64,000 bases of DNA from positions 1 to 64,000 of IMG/VR virus record IMGVR_UViG_3300029827_000121. One strand, 5' to 3'. This document shows, in pieces, positions 19,154-29,230 of this stretch. The stretch is from a virus. The notes under the pieces were generated by a model. The model worked only from the letters and a program-made list of their open reading frames with translations. It had not been told where the DNA came from and made no database searches. Within the stretch, counting starts at the first letter, position 1. Every line of letters starts with the position of its first letter. The position numbers and the translations under genes were made by a program.

Positions 19154-19762
19154 CTAGCTAGTTGAATCGTTCTCTATTTGGTTGATAGGGGGAAGGGTAA
19201 CTTCCTCGAAATCAGCCATTTGCGCGTTTTGAAACGTAGTATACGCTTCCTCTCGTGCTTTAGCTGGTGCAATGGTTATATTTTGCTCAATGTCCACTTT
19301 GTCGCCGAAATCTTGCCGATTATACCTTGACATAAACCATTGACGGTGACCCCAAACACGGTCGAAACGGCGTATGCGGTTACTTGTACGTTTGTAATTA
19401 TCGTCATTTTCGACCTGATTATTGAGTATTTGAACTTCACCTTCAAATTCATCCGCGACTGCGTGCGTACGATGTCGTACGGCAGTTCGCCACGTGTTCA
19501 ACAGTTGAACAGACACCGATCTCCACAGATACACCGTCGTTTTGGCTAGTCCGTGGCGTTTAACGATATTGTCGATGGTGTCGGTAGTAGTGGCTATTTC
19601 GAGGATAATGCTTTGCATTTTTCGGGCGTCATAGTGCTGTAAACCGAAGGGCGTTTTCACTGAAGCAGGGACCAGCAATTCTTTTTCCTCAGATGATAGG
19701 TGGGATACGTTCGGTTTTTCCTCCCCTTTTATCACCTGCAAAGCATTTTTATCACTTGTCAT
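19154..19762 (-). CDS. terS: Terminase small subunit (Sf6/P22-like)
   Basis: HTH (IVKRHGLAKTTVYLW) and RQWFMSRYNRQDFGDK motif; upstream of terL. Confidence 0.7.
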   Translation of the reverse strand: MTSDKNALQVIKGEEKPNVSHLSSEEKELLVPASVKTPFGLQHYDARKMQSIILEIATTTDTIDNIVKRHGLAKTTVYLWRSVSVQLLNTWRTAVRHRTHAVADEFEGEVQILNNQVENDDNYKRTSNRIRRFDRVWGHRQWFMSRYNRQDFGDKVDIEQNITIAPAKAREEAYTTFQNAQMADFEEVTLPPINQIENDSTS

Positions 19763-19790
19763 GATGCTCCTTTTTTATCTATTTAATAAA

Positions 19791-19993
19791 TTAAATTATG
19801 AGCATGCATAATTTAACTCGTTAAATGGCTAAATTTGATCAATTTGACCATAATTAACTAAAAGTTAAATTATACACGTGTATAATTTAACACGTTAAAT
19901 TATGAGCATGCATAATTTAACACGTGTTAAATAGCGAAATTCGTTCAAAAACGCTATTTAACGAATATTAAATTATGAGCGTGTATAATTTAA
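19791..19993. repeat. Cluster of four 26-bp palindromes plus two related inverted repeats
   Basis: TTAAATTAT-N8-ATAATTTAA at 19791, 19865 (perfect palindrome), 19895 and 19968. Confidence 0.9.
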
Positions 19994-20280
19994 ACGATTA
20001 ATAGGGTATAGGGTTTTTGCACGCGCCCTACGGCGCGTGTTTTGTTCTCACTTTAAAATGCAATAAAATGCGAAAACAATGAAACCACTATGGTGAAACT
20101 AGCTAGCTAGGGTGAAATTGGTCGATATTATTGCCGTGGGGCGATTGTGGATAGGCTGTACAGCCTATAGTATTATATCCCCTTCCGTAGGTTTCCCCTA
20201 TTGGTTAATCCTGATTACTAGAGATTGTCACTAATAGGGTAATGGTGTATGGTAAAATTAACCAATAACCGGGAGGTATA

Positions 20281-20472
20281 ATGAGTACTCAGCAATTACA
20301 CAATGTAGATCAGCTGATCGATTCGGTTGTTAAACATGATGTTCATGACCGTATTATCAATTATTTGGTTAAAATGAATGAGGAAATAATTATTCGAGAA
20401 TTGAGAGAAAAAACAATCGAATTAATAAAAACTCTCAACGAGTTTATTGAGAATATTGATAACCCACAATAA
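20281..20472 (+). CDS. Hypothetical protein
   Basis: RBS GGGAGG. Confidence 0.55.
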   Translation: MSTQQLHNVDQLIDSVVKHDVHDRIINYLVKMNEEIIIRELREKTIELIKTLNEFIENIDNPQ

Positions 20473-20631
20473 TTAAATAGATCCCTGCGGGGATAAGTAG
20501 CACCTTTAACTGTTACTAGGTTTGTAGTCTACGGTACCATTATGGGAGTATTGTCATTGCTGCCACAATGCCGTATAATAGGTATAGGTACTATATATAT
20601 CAATGAACGATATTAGCTGAGTGATGGAATT

Positions 20632-20662
20632 AAAAAAGCGGACAGGTTGTGCGCCTGTCCGC
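20632..20662 (-). terminator. Rho-independent terminator
   Basis: AGCGGACAGG/CCTGTCCGCT stem; the A-tract on + reads as a U-tract on -. Confidence 0.55.
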
Positions 20663-20868
20663 TCTGTGCGTCAATAACTATGAGTCTGGATACAATGCAT
20701 TCCATCATTACTCTATATGATAGCACATTTTCACAAACAATGCAAGTATTTTATTTCTCAACGATTTACAACACTTGATAAATAATAATCTATAGAGTAT
20801 TCAATAGGATAGTAGGGGATTTTATAGGATGTATTCTAAATGAGAATACGCTTTTTTATATTATTTTA

Positions 20869-20897
20869 TTGACATCGTCTCACAATAGCAGTATATT
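20869..20897 (+). promoter_or_regulatory. Sigma70-type early promoter
   Basis: TTGACA-17 bp-TATATT with an AT-rich upstream tract. Confidence 0.7.
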
Positions 20898-20942
20898 GGA
20901 TTGTATAATTAATTAATCAATCACCCATAACCGGGAGGATAC

Positions 20943-21371
20943 ATGGCTACATTAAAATTTTCAGTCCGTCAAACTGGTAGGCCATATGGTCCTACTGAAC
21001 GTATTACCGCAACCGATTATTCAATAGTGTCAAAACATACAACACTATCAGCAGCACAAAAAAAACACTCAAAATTATTATCAGAGATGCGGCAATGTTG
21101 CGGTCAAAATGGCTGGGACAATCATTTTGCTATCATGCCAATAGCTGATATTAAAATGATGCAATCATCCACCTGCCCTCATTGTTTTACGACAGTTAAA
21201 TTTAAATGGATTTGGGAGGCGAACCAATTAAATCCCCATTTCATTCCACCATGCGCATGCGAATACACTGACGATGCATACCACTATGATAAACCGGATA
21301 AAAAAATACTCGAACCAATAATAAATAAATGGGCAAATGAAAACAATATTGAAATAATTTCAATATCCTAA
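20943..21371 (+). CDS. Hypothetical early protein (Cys-containing)
   Basis: RBS GGGAGG; CPHC motif. Confidence 0.6.
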   Translation: MATLKFSVRQTGRPYGPTERITATDYSIVSKHTTLSAAQKKHSKLLSEMRQCCGQNGWDNHFAIMPIADIKMMQSSTCPHCFTTVKFKWIWEANQLNPHFIPPCACEYTDDAYHYDKPDKKILEPIINKWANENNIEIISIS

Positions 21372-21516
21372 TCAGGGAAAAAGGCAAGGAAAAAATAAAA
21401 TACTTTTTTTAACTCTACATTAAATTAATTTATGGAAACAGCCTAAAATAAAAATCCCCTATTCCCGCGTTAACGAGAATAGGGTTTTATCACACCTAAC
21501 CGGAAAGGGGTTAGAT

Positions 21517-22332
21517 ATGAATATTCAAGGAAAGGCAAAAGATCAGATTGAAAAGCTTGTAAAAGAATTTCAATCGGGGAATGTAGTCGAATCTGTGTCT
21601 AAAATAGTTATTGTTGACCGCAATATTCCATCATTTAAATGGTCAATGTTAAATCGATGGATGGCCTATGCTCAGACCGGGGATACAGATAGCAGGGGAT
21701 TCCGGCAATGGGAACAAGCGGGGAGAAGTGTAAACAAGGGCGAAAAAGCCGCATATATCCTTCGGCCTATTCATATTAAAAAGACAGTTAAAAATGAAGA
21801 AACGGGGGAAGAATCGGACACTTTTATCCTTATTGGATACGGAAGTATACCGGTATTCGGTGCATCACAAACAACCGGGACACCATTAGAATATGAAAAA
21901 GCCCCTGAAGAATTACCAGCCTTAAATGAAATTGCTTCTGATTTGGGAATATCCATCAAATATACGGTTTTTGGTGGGGCTTTTTACGGTTGTTATGATT
22001 TTAATAATAAGATTACTCTTTATACTCATGATGAACAAACTTTTTTACACGAACTTTCTCACGCTATCCATCAAAAAGTATGCGGTAATTTAAAAGGTGG
22101 GCAACATCCTAGCCAAGAAATTGTGGCGGAATTCTGTTCCTGCGTTTTGGCTAGAATGTATGGCAAAAAGACACCTAATGAAGGGAATTCTTATAAATAT
22201 ATCGAAAGATATGCCCAACAAATAAAGAAAAGTGTTCCCGATTCAATACTTTCCTTTATGTCGGATATCGTAAAAGTTTTGGATTATATCATTGAGAAAA
22301 AAGAATCTTTATCAATAGCAACAGCAGCATAA
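21517..22332 (+). CDS. ArdC-like ssDNA-binding/zincin antirestriction protein
   Basis: WSMLN, RGFRQWEQAGRSVNKGEKA, PVF..SQT, HELSH...EIVAE. Confidence 0.8.
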   Translation: MNIQGKAKDQIEKLVKEFQSGNVVESVSKIVIVDRNIPSFKWSMLNRWMAYAQTGDTDSRGFRQWEQAGRSVNKGEKAAYILRPIHIKKTVKNEETGEESDTFILIGYGSIPVFGASQTTGTPLEYEKAPEELPALNEIASDLGISIKYTVFGGAFYGCYDFNNKITLYTHDEQTFLHELSHAIHQKVCGNLKGGQHPSQEIVAEFCSCVLARMYGKKTPNEGNSYKYIERYAQQIKKSVPDSILSFMSDIVKVLDYIIEKKESLSIATAA

Positions 22333-22335
22333 ACC

Positions 22336-22356
22336 AAGGGGGAGAAATCCCCCTTT
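22336..22356 (+). terminator. Hairpin/terminator
   Basis: AAGGGGGA-GAAA-TCCCCCTT. Confidence 0.5.
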
Positions 22357-22371
22357 AGAAAGAAATCAATT

Positions 22372-22773
22372 ATGAATATCATTGAATCTATCGGGAAATG
22401 GGGAGTAAAAAGCACTCCTGAACATATGTTTTATGATCGAATAAGAAAACCAAGATCAGGCGATATCGTAAAATTTACAGATAAAGAATATCCCCACCAT
22501 AACGGCGAATATGGAAGAATAGAAAGTTTTGGGGGATGGAAAGAAGGTGAATATCATATTTGTTGTGGGCTGGGGAGTGCTTTTTTATTTGAAAATGGTC
22601 ACGTTAGTATTTCAGGTGGGCCATTTGAATCGGTTATCCCCGCAAGATTAATTTCAACAGGTGAATTATATTTAGCACAATATTGGAATTGGGGAAACAA
22701 TCTACCGGGAGGTGGTCAAGGAGTATACTACTTTTTCCATCGACCGGTTTTTTTATTGGAAAGTAAAAAATAA
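22372..22773 (+). CDS. DUF4121-like protein
   Basis: YGRIE, VSISGGPF, YWNWG...GV. Confidence 0.55.
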   Translation: MNIIESIGKWGVKSTPEHMFYDRIRKPRSGDIVKFTDKEYPHHNGEYGRIESFGGWKEGEYHICCGLGSAFLFENGHVSISGGPFESVIPARLISTGELYLAQYWNWGNNLPGGGQGVYYFFHRPVFLLESKK

Positions 22774-22823
22774 ACCATCTTTGACCGGCGGCAGGTCGAT
22801 AAACTCGCTGAAAGGACAGTATT

Positions 22824-23339
22824 ATGAACAGGACAATAGGTATTGATTATGGAGCAGGAAAAACGAATATTGATACTGAAAATAATATTCGTTATGGTGT
22901 AATTAATGTTAATGAAGTAGTGCAAGCTTTCTATGATAGTGCTGCACCGATAGATTCAAACGCTTGTCCCTATTGCGGGAATACTCCTAAAAGTGGGAAT
23001 AATATTCATGAAATGAAACGGTGTCCCTCATGCTATCATGCCTTGGAAGAAAGTGATTTTTGGGACAGTGAACCTATCGGCTGGAAAATAGACGATGGTG
23101 AATATATCGCAGAAATATCTTCCGACGATACTGATGTTTTTATTTTAAAATCCCCATATTTTACTTATTGTCAGTATTGTTCCCCTTGTGCTCCCGGTGC
23201 CGGATATATTATGAATACCGTTAAAGACGGAGTAAAGGCTTATTGTTTTGGCCATGATTTTTTTGACGATGAAAAAGCACCTTATCCTGTTTACTCTGTT
23301 GAAACAGGTGAATTAATTGAAAAGGGGGAAGAAAAATGA
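22824..23339 (+). CDS. Hypothetical Zn-binding protein
   Basis: CPYC...CPSC, CSPCAPGAG. Confidence 0.65.
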   Translation: MNRTIGIDYGAGKTNIDTENNIRYGVINVNEVVQAFYDSAAPIDSNACPYCGNTPKSGNNIHEMKRCPSCYHALEESDFWDSEPIGWKIDDGEYIAEISSDDTDVFILKSPYFTYCQYCSPCAPGAGYIMNTVKDGVKAYCFGHDFFDDEKAPYPVYSVETGELIEKGEEK

Positions 23340-24025
23340 AAACTAAAATCTTATCCATCACAGTAGAACAAAGAATAGACGATTGCCCTGACACTTCTTT
23401 TCTTGGGGAGTATACGAATAAACCATCTTTTTGGGCGATTGATCGTAAATATAATACTTTTGTATGTAAAATTGAACAAAGAGAAAGAATTATCGAACAA
23501 TTGGAAGATAGAATTTATGATTTAGAAGATCTTGATAATAAAAAAATGGCTAGAATGAAAAAAAGAAAAGTAAAAATTGAACAGTCTTTTCCTTCTGATT
23601 GTTTTCTTGATCGTAATCAATATAGATATTTTATTCCATGCAATCACCTTCCCCATAATCCTAAAAATTGGATTCATGTTCAAGGCAAAGAATTAGAAAA
23701 AGTCATAAAAGAACACGGAAGCATTAAATCCGCTGATATGCATTACGCAATTGAAGATTATAAACGGATGGAATCACTCAATAGGGGTGACTGGTGTTTT
23801 ATTGGAATCATGGCAAAGGCAACAGTGCAAACCGAAAACGGAATTACTCAGCATATTACTTCAGGGGGCTTATGGGGGATTGAAAGCGATTCCGGCAATT
23901 ATATCAAAGAAGTAGTAAAGGAACAACTATCCTCATTAAAATGTGAATTGCTTTCTTTCGGCTTTTCAGAAAGAGCTATTCACTATGCCATGAAAAAATG
24001 GGATGGTGAAATAATAGAAAAATAA
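23336..24025 (+). CDS. Hypothetical phage protein
   Basis: ATGA-coupled; GDWCFIGI...GLWGIESDS. Confidence 0.65.
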   Translation: MKTKILSITVEQRIDDCPDTSFLGEYTNKPSFWAIDRKYNTFVCKIEQRERIIEQLEDRIYDLEDLDNKKMARMKKRKVKIEQSFPSDCFLDRNQYRYFIPCNHLPHNPKNWIHVQGKELEKVIKEHGSIKSADMHYAIEDYKRMESLNRGDWCFIGIMAKATVQTENGITQHITSGGLWGIESDSGNYIKEVVKEQLSSLKCELLSFGFSERAIHYAMKKWDGEIIEK

Positions 24026-24050
24026 TATCCACTAAAAAAGAAAAAAAATT

Positions 24051-24263
24051 ATGAAAAAGGAAATTTCTCAAAAATTAAAAAATAAAATTGTCGGACAATC
24101 AGCGAAAATGAGAGATAAAAATGATACCGTTATTGAAGGCGTTATCATCGGACGGCTTGCTGAATTCCCGGTTTTCCGTACTCTTGACGGTCTCATTACA
24201 ATAGAATTATCATGGAATTTAGCTTATCGTGCAGTTTTTGAAAACGTCTATATAATAGGATAA
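24051..24263 (+). CDS. Hypothetical protein
   Basis: Same-strand ORF in the early cluster. Confidence 0.55.
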   Translation: MKKEISQKLKNKIVGQSAKMRDKNDTVIEGVIIGRLAEFPVFRTLDGLITIELSWNLAYRAVFENVYIIG

Positions 24264-24296
24264 ACAAACCATCTTATTAACCGGAAAGGGGTTAAT

Positions 24297-24551
24297 ATGT
24301 CAACCGAAATTAAGGCTATATATGACAATGAGGGGAAAACAATCGACCGGTATACGGTATATTTCAATTCGTATAATGAAATCATTGACGGAAACCCTGT
24401 TTATAGTTGTGTGGCAATGAATGAACGGCCATTTCATCCCTTTGGTTTCTGCAATCACAATACGGGTATATTGGGGGAACACAATGGAAAAATCATTCCC
24501 TTCAAACAATTACCGGATATTTGCCAAAAAGCTGTTTTACTTTTATTATAA
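24297..24551 (+). CDS. Hypothetical phage protein
   Basis: YDNEGKTIDRYTV; shared TAACCGG leader. Confidence 0.65.
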   Translation: MSTEIKAIYDNEGKTIDRYTVYFNSYNEIIDGNPVYSCVAMNERPFHPFGFCNHNTGILGEHNGKIIPFKQLPDICQKAVLLLL

Positions 24552-24648
24552 CAAGATCTGAATTGAAAGAAAGAATTCATTGCCGGAATATTGCCGAAAG
24601 GTTATTATTAAAGGATTGTATTAACCAATAAAAAAGGAGCGTGACGCA

Positions 24649-25062
24649 ATGAAAAGATTTTTATTGCCGTGCATTATACTGTTTTTTGTTCCGACAATTA
24701 ATGGGCAAAATATATATGTTAATGGTCAAGCAAAAGATAATATTGGAAATAGATTAATTTATAAAGTCAAAGAGAACATCAGACAATCAAAAGGAATGAT
24801 TTTATATCCTTCGGAAACCGGTTCAGGTATTCAAATCAACATAATTACTTTAGATGCATTAGAAGATAATTTATCCACAGTATATTCTATTGTATGGACA
24901 TGGACCACTTCAAACAATTTTAAATCATTTATTACTCATCATGTTGGTATGTGCGGAAAATATAAAATAAATGATGTTGCCGAACAAATTGTTGCCGATA
25001 CGGATGAAATTATTATGGAATTAAAAAAGATAATACTTGATATTTATAACGAAAATCAATAA
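24649..25062 (+). CDS. Exported hypothetical protein
   Basis: N-terminal signal peptide; RBS AGGAG. Confidence 0.6.
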   Translation: MKRFLLPCIILFFVPTINGQNIYVNGQAKDNIGNRLIYKVKENIRQSKGMILYPSETGSGIQINIITLDALEDNLSTVYSIVWTWTTSNNFKSFITHHVGMCGKYKINDVAEQIVADTDEIIMELKKIILDIYNENQ

Positions 25063-25136
25063 TACTCTATGAAGGAAAGCAAACGCCAAAATATTTTTTT
25101 AACTCAAAAACAATAGAAAGGATGGAAAAATATATT

Positions 25137-26322
25137 GCCATGGCGTAGTTGGGCCTTGTTACGCATTGCAAAGCAAAGGTAATGCCAAGTATAGCAATGT
25201 ATTGTGTTGTAAAGGTATAGTGTAGCTGGGCCATGTTGCGCTGTGCAAAGGCAAAGCGTAGTTAGGCAATGTAGTGTATGGCAAAGGTAATGCGAAGTTG
25301 GGCCATGTAGCGTAATGCAAAGGCATAGCTCTGCGTGGTATAGTTAAGCCATGCAAAGGCATTGCATAGTTGTGTGAGGTAATGCAAAGGCATGCCTTGA
25401 GCAAAGTAAATTTTCCCTGTCCCGATTCACTGCCTTCATTGTATCAGGCGGATGAAGGTAAGGAAAAAGGCAGGGAAAATTTATAATTATTTTCGCTAAT
25501 GCAAAGTAATGCAGCGCTTGTCACCGCAAAGGCACGGTTTAGTTTGGCCCCGTGTTTCTAAGCGAAGCAAAGGCGAAGCATTGTGAAGATAGGTGATGAT
25601 AAGCAAAAGATAAGTAATGTTTTGTAAAGTTTAGTAATGCACAGGCATAGTTCTGTATTGTATCGTATAGCACAGCAAAGGCATGGTGATGTACAGTGAA
25701 GTTCAGCAATGTACAGTAAAGACTAAGTCAGGTGTAGTACAGCAAAGCAATTGTAACGCACAGCAAAGGCATAGTTCAGTATAGTAAAGTTAAGCGAACC
25801 ATCGGCAAAGTATAGCGGAGTATAGCTTGGCAAAGACTATGTTTGGTGCAGAGGGGTGCAGCTAAGTACAGCAATGGCGATGCATAGAAAGGTGGTGGGA
25901 AACACTGCACAGGCTAGGCAAAGTGGAGCATAGCTTGGCAAAAGCAAAGCGGGGCGTCGTTTTGTGTTGTATGGCAAAGCAAAAGCAATGTGAAGCAGGG
26001 TCTTGTTTAGCACAGGTAATGCAGTGTATAGTATTGTGTGGCAATAGCACAGCGGAGCTGTGTTACGCACCGTTTGGCATAGGCATAGTTTAGTGAAGTA
26101 ATGCATAGCATAGGCAGAGTCTGGAACAGTACCGTTTGGCACAGGCATAGTTAAGCCCCGTCATATACAGTTGCGCATTGTAAAGGCTGGGCGTAGTGAT
26201 GCATAGTGAAGCACAGGCAAAGCTTGGCAATGTAATGTATAGCTCAGGCAAGGCGTGGCAAAGCATAGTACAGTCGCGCACAGGCAATGCGAGGCGCAGT
26301 ATGGTGTTGTATTGAAAAGCAA
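25137..26322 (+). repeat. Pentamer-periodic array 1 (NGY-NN units; candidate guide ncRNA array)
   Basis: e.g. ggtaa tgcca agtat agcaa tgtat tgtgt tgtaa a | ggtat agtgt agctg ggcca tgttg cgctg tgcaa a; interrupted by a hairpin at 25407-25483. Confidence 0.9.
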
Positions 26323-26354
26323 AAAGGTTTCGTCTCGTTTTTTGAGGCGAAACC
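26321..26354. terminator. Hairpin closing array 1
   Basis: GGTTTCGTCTC/GAGGCGAAACC stem preceded by an A-tract. Confidence 0.55.
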
Positions 26355-26386
26355 ACTACTTTAACTTTAACAAAAGGAGTCCCATC

Positions 26387-26800
26387 ATGAGATACGCAAT
26401 TGCCGTTTTGAGACACGCAAAACAACCAGACATCAAATGTCTGGAAATGCCGCAATTTTACCGCTCTATAAAAGAGATAGCTGTTCCTCATGCTTTATTG
26501 TTTGAAGATTTATCTAAAGCTCTTCAGATAAAAAATGAATTGGATATCAGCCCTTATATTGCCGAAGGGGATGAATGGGCAAAACCCGACTTCTATGTAG
26601 TCAATCATGTCGTCGCCGATTACATCCGTACGGCACGTTTTGGTAATGAAGATGTATATGAATGGAAAAAATGTTTCTGTGAAAAGAACAACGGCGCACC
26701 TTGTCGGGAATGTTTTATATGCATGCGTTTTCGAATCCTTTCAGATCGAAGATTCATTATTACTCATCGTGAAGTTGAAAAGGAAGGAGTAAAGGCATGA
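26387..26800 (+). CDS. Hypothetical protein with Cys cluster
   Basis: RBS AAGGAG before MRYAIAV; CFC...CRECFIC. Confidence 0.65.
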   Translation: MRYAIAVLRHAKQPDIKCLEMPQFYRSIKEIAVPHALLFEDLSKALQIKNELDISPYIAEGDEWAKPDFYVVNHVVADYIRTARFGNEDVYEWKKCFCEKNNGAPCRECFICMRFRILSDRRFIITHREVEKEGVKA

Positions 26801-27189
26801 AAATGTCGGTTATTCTCATACTATTATGTCTATTTTCCTGCAACAGCCTTCGAGGACCAACGGGTCCGGCAGGTCCGGCAGGTCCGCGAGGACCACAAGG
26901 AGAACAGGGAGAACCGGGAGAAATACGTCCGATTGTAAAAAGCGGTATCCTTTATTCTTCTGAAAAAGTGGAAGGAAAAGATTATTGGGAAATCATATTA
27001 CTCGGACATGAAGATTTTTTTGTCATGTTACCTGATACCATACTTATTAATTGTTATGTCCGTAAAGGAAGTGGGTATATGTGGCATTCCCCGATTTGGT
27101 ATTATGGTAACTGGTATATAAGAATCTTTGATGATGAGGAATGCGATCCCGGTGATGAGTACATAATTACCGCTATTGTTCCCGATTAA
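26797..27189 (+). CDS. Lipoprotein with collagen-like Gly-X-Y repeat
   Basis: Lipobox-like LFSC; GPTGPAGPAGPRGPQGEQGEPGE. Confidence 0.75.
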   Translation: MKMSVILILLCLFSCNSLRGPTGPAGPAGPRGPQGEQGEPGEIRPIVKSGILYSSEKVEGKDYWEIILLGHEDFFVMLPDTILINCYVRKGSGYMWHSPIWYYGNWYIRIFDDEECDPGDEYIITAIVPD

Positions 27190-27208
27190 TTCTATTTAAT
27201 CTTCCATT

Positions 27209-27233
27209 AAAGCCCGTTTATACGGGCTTTTTT
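27209..27233 (+). terminator. Rho-independent terminator
   Basis: AAAGCCCGT-TTAT-ACGGGCTTTTTT. Confidence 0.8.
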
Positions 27234-27334
27234 ATTGGTTTTATAATAAGACAATTGTTATACATAATAAATATATTGCAATCGTATAATTTATTAGATA
27301 TATTTATGGAAACAATTAATTGATCGGAGATATT

Positions 27335-28225
27335 ATGAAAAAAACAATGGTTACGCCTTGGAACAAAATCGGCATCTCAATAAGAGGTGTTTCGTCATGG
27401 TCGGCTGCGGTAAAAAGAACAAATTTGATGTGGAGCGTATCCAAGCGTCAGCTTTGTTCATTTCAAAATAATAAAAAAGTTCCTACTACGGCTTGGGGAG
27501 TCTTCCGGGATGATACAGATGATTTTCTTGAAACCGTGGAAGCGAAAACCGACATATTACAAAATTCATCGGCATTTAATTTCGTTGATGAGTTTTTAAA
27601 AAAGATCCCCGGTGCCGAATATGATACCGCCGGATCACTCTTCGAAGGTAAATGTATTTTCGTTATTCTCAAGCTTCCCTATACCATTAAACTGGCTCCC
27701 CCTCCCCATGAATTGTTACATTGTTACCTCATGTTCCAAACGACGCATGACGGTTCAATGAGGCATATGCGGCATCTGAAAAACAGTGCGAAACTGATGC
27801 TGGTATCTCTCTCAGGTGCCATATTACCACTTACCATTTCCATTAACGGTACTGGTATATCAGTTATTAAACAAATAGAATCGATACACCGCAAACTCAA
27901 TGCTTTGTTTCAAAAAAGCATCGATGATGAAATGTTTGATATCATAATGAAAAAAATTTTTGGAAAAAACTGTTATGATTCTTCCAAAAAGAAAAATCAG
28001 ATCGAATTAATAAAAAAATGGTTCGATGAAAGCAGTGAGAAAAATGCTTATACCTTGTTGGTGACCTATCTCATTTGGATAGATCAGTACCGGACCACCC
28101 GAAAAACAAAACGGATGGCCAATTTAAACGATCACCAAATACAAATACAATCCTCCATCTTTTATGATGGTGCGGTAAAAAAGGAAAAAGCGTTTTTTAA
28201 ATTAATAAAATTATTGAACAATTAA
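27335..28225 (+). CDS. DUF932/DUF945-like protein (divergent)
   Basis: TPW..IG, FRDDT, ILQN..AF.F, TAGSL..GK, YL..TTHDGS. Confidence 0.7.
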   Translation: MKKTMVTPWNKIGISIRGVSSWSAAVKRTNLMWSVSKRQLCSFQNNKKVPTTAWGVFRDDTDDFLETVEAKTDILQNSSAFNFVDEFLKKIPGAEYDTAGSLFEGKCIFVILKLPYTIKLAPPPHELLHCYLMFQTTHDGSMRHMRHLKNSAKLMLVSLSGAILPLTISINGTGISVIKQIESIHRKLNALFQKSIDDEMFDIIMKKIFGKNCYDSSKKKNQIELIKKWFDESSEKNAYTLLVTYLIWIDQYRTTRKTKRMANLNDHQIQIQSSIFYDGAVKKEKAFFKLIKLLNN

Positions 28226-28287
28226 TCTTGAAAATATTCAATAATAATTATATATTTTTAAAAAGCAACGATTAAACGAGGTTTATT

Positions 28288-28488
28288 ATGAATAAAAACC
28301 GTCCCGGACGGGGACGTATCATTCCCCCTGAACAAAGGGGATGTAAACCGACCGTGAGTGGTGATCCGAATGATCCCACTGTCAGCTATACTATAAGAAT
28401 TCCATTATCCCTTAAAAACTTCTTGTTAAAGATCGGTCCAGAAAACTTAAGAAAGATGCTGAAACGGGAAAAACTGCGATATGGTTAA
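28288..28488 (+). CDS. Small DNA-binding (ribbon-helix-helix-like) protein
   Basis: RPGRGR...TVSYTIRIPLSLKNFL. Confidence 0.5.
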   Translation: MNKNRPGRGRIIPPEQRGCKPTVSGDPNDPTVSYTIRIPLSLKNFLLKIGPENLRKMLKREKLRYG

Positions 28489-28705
28489 ATTCATCTTTCA
28501 AGGAAAAAATGGTCCTGTTTTGGGATTAGGACTAAGTGAAGAAAATATCCGTCGATTAAAAGACGGTCAACCGATCCTTGTCGAAGGTGGATCGCTAAAT
28601 TTAAATCATGATATTTTTATCATGTACGGCAAAACGGAACAATCAATTGCCATGATTCTTTCACCCTATATAGATCCCGATACCGTAATTCATAAGGAAA
28701 TGTAA
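28481..28705 (+). CDS. Hypothetical phage protein
   Basis: LGLSEENIRRLKDGQPI; paralog at 29231. Confidence 0.6.
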   Translation: MVKFIFQGKNGPVLGLGLSEENIRRLKDGQPILVEGGSLNLNHDIFIMYGKTEQSIAMILSPYIDPDTVIHKEM

Positions 28706-28710
28706 AAAAA

Positions 28711-29103
28711 ATGAAACGATTTATTTTTTTTATAATTTTTATTATTTCTTGTACTGAAAATGTACAAGTGCAAACCAATGTACAAGTGCAAACTAAAGTA
28801 TCTATATTAATTGATTATAGTAATATTAATTTCCTTTTTGTAATGGGTAAAATTTATAGTGATCTGAAAATTTATGATGGAAAAATATTACATACTCATC
28901 TTATATGTTCAATTCCTCCGACTCATTCAGGAATTATTAAAGTAGATTCTATGACAATGCTAATATCCGAATTTACTTGTTCTTATACTTTTGAAGAACA
29001 AGGATATATTGATGTTAATGATACGGATATTATTATAAGAGATACACTTATAGCATCAGAAGATTATGATTGGATATTTGAACCTTATAAACCAAATTTT
29101 TAA
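28711..29103 (+). CDS. Putative lipoprotein
   Basis: MKRFIFFIIFIISC signal; tandem NVQVQT duplication. Confidence 0.6.
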   Translation: MKRFIFFIIFIISCTENVQVQTNVQVQTKVSILIDYSNINFLFVMGKIYSDLKIYDGKILHTHLICSIPPTHSGIIKVDSMTMLISEFTCSYTFEEQGYIDVNDTDIIIRDTLIASEDYDWIFEPYKPNF

Positions 29104-29230
29104 AAACCAACAAATGAAATGCCAGGGTCCGCATTGATACATGTTAGCAATGAGAAGGTCCCCCTACGTCGGCAATTCCTTCCGATGTGTATCATCACCG
29201 GCTTGGCATTTCATTTATTACAAAACCATT

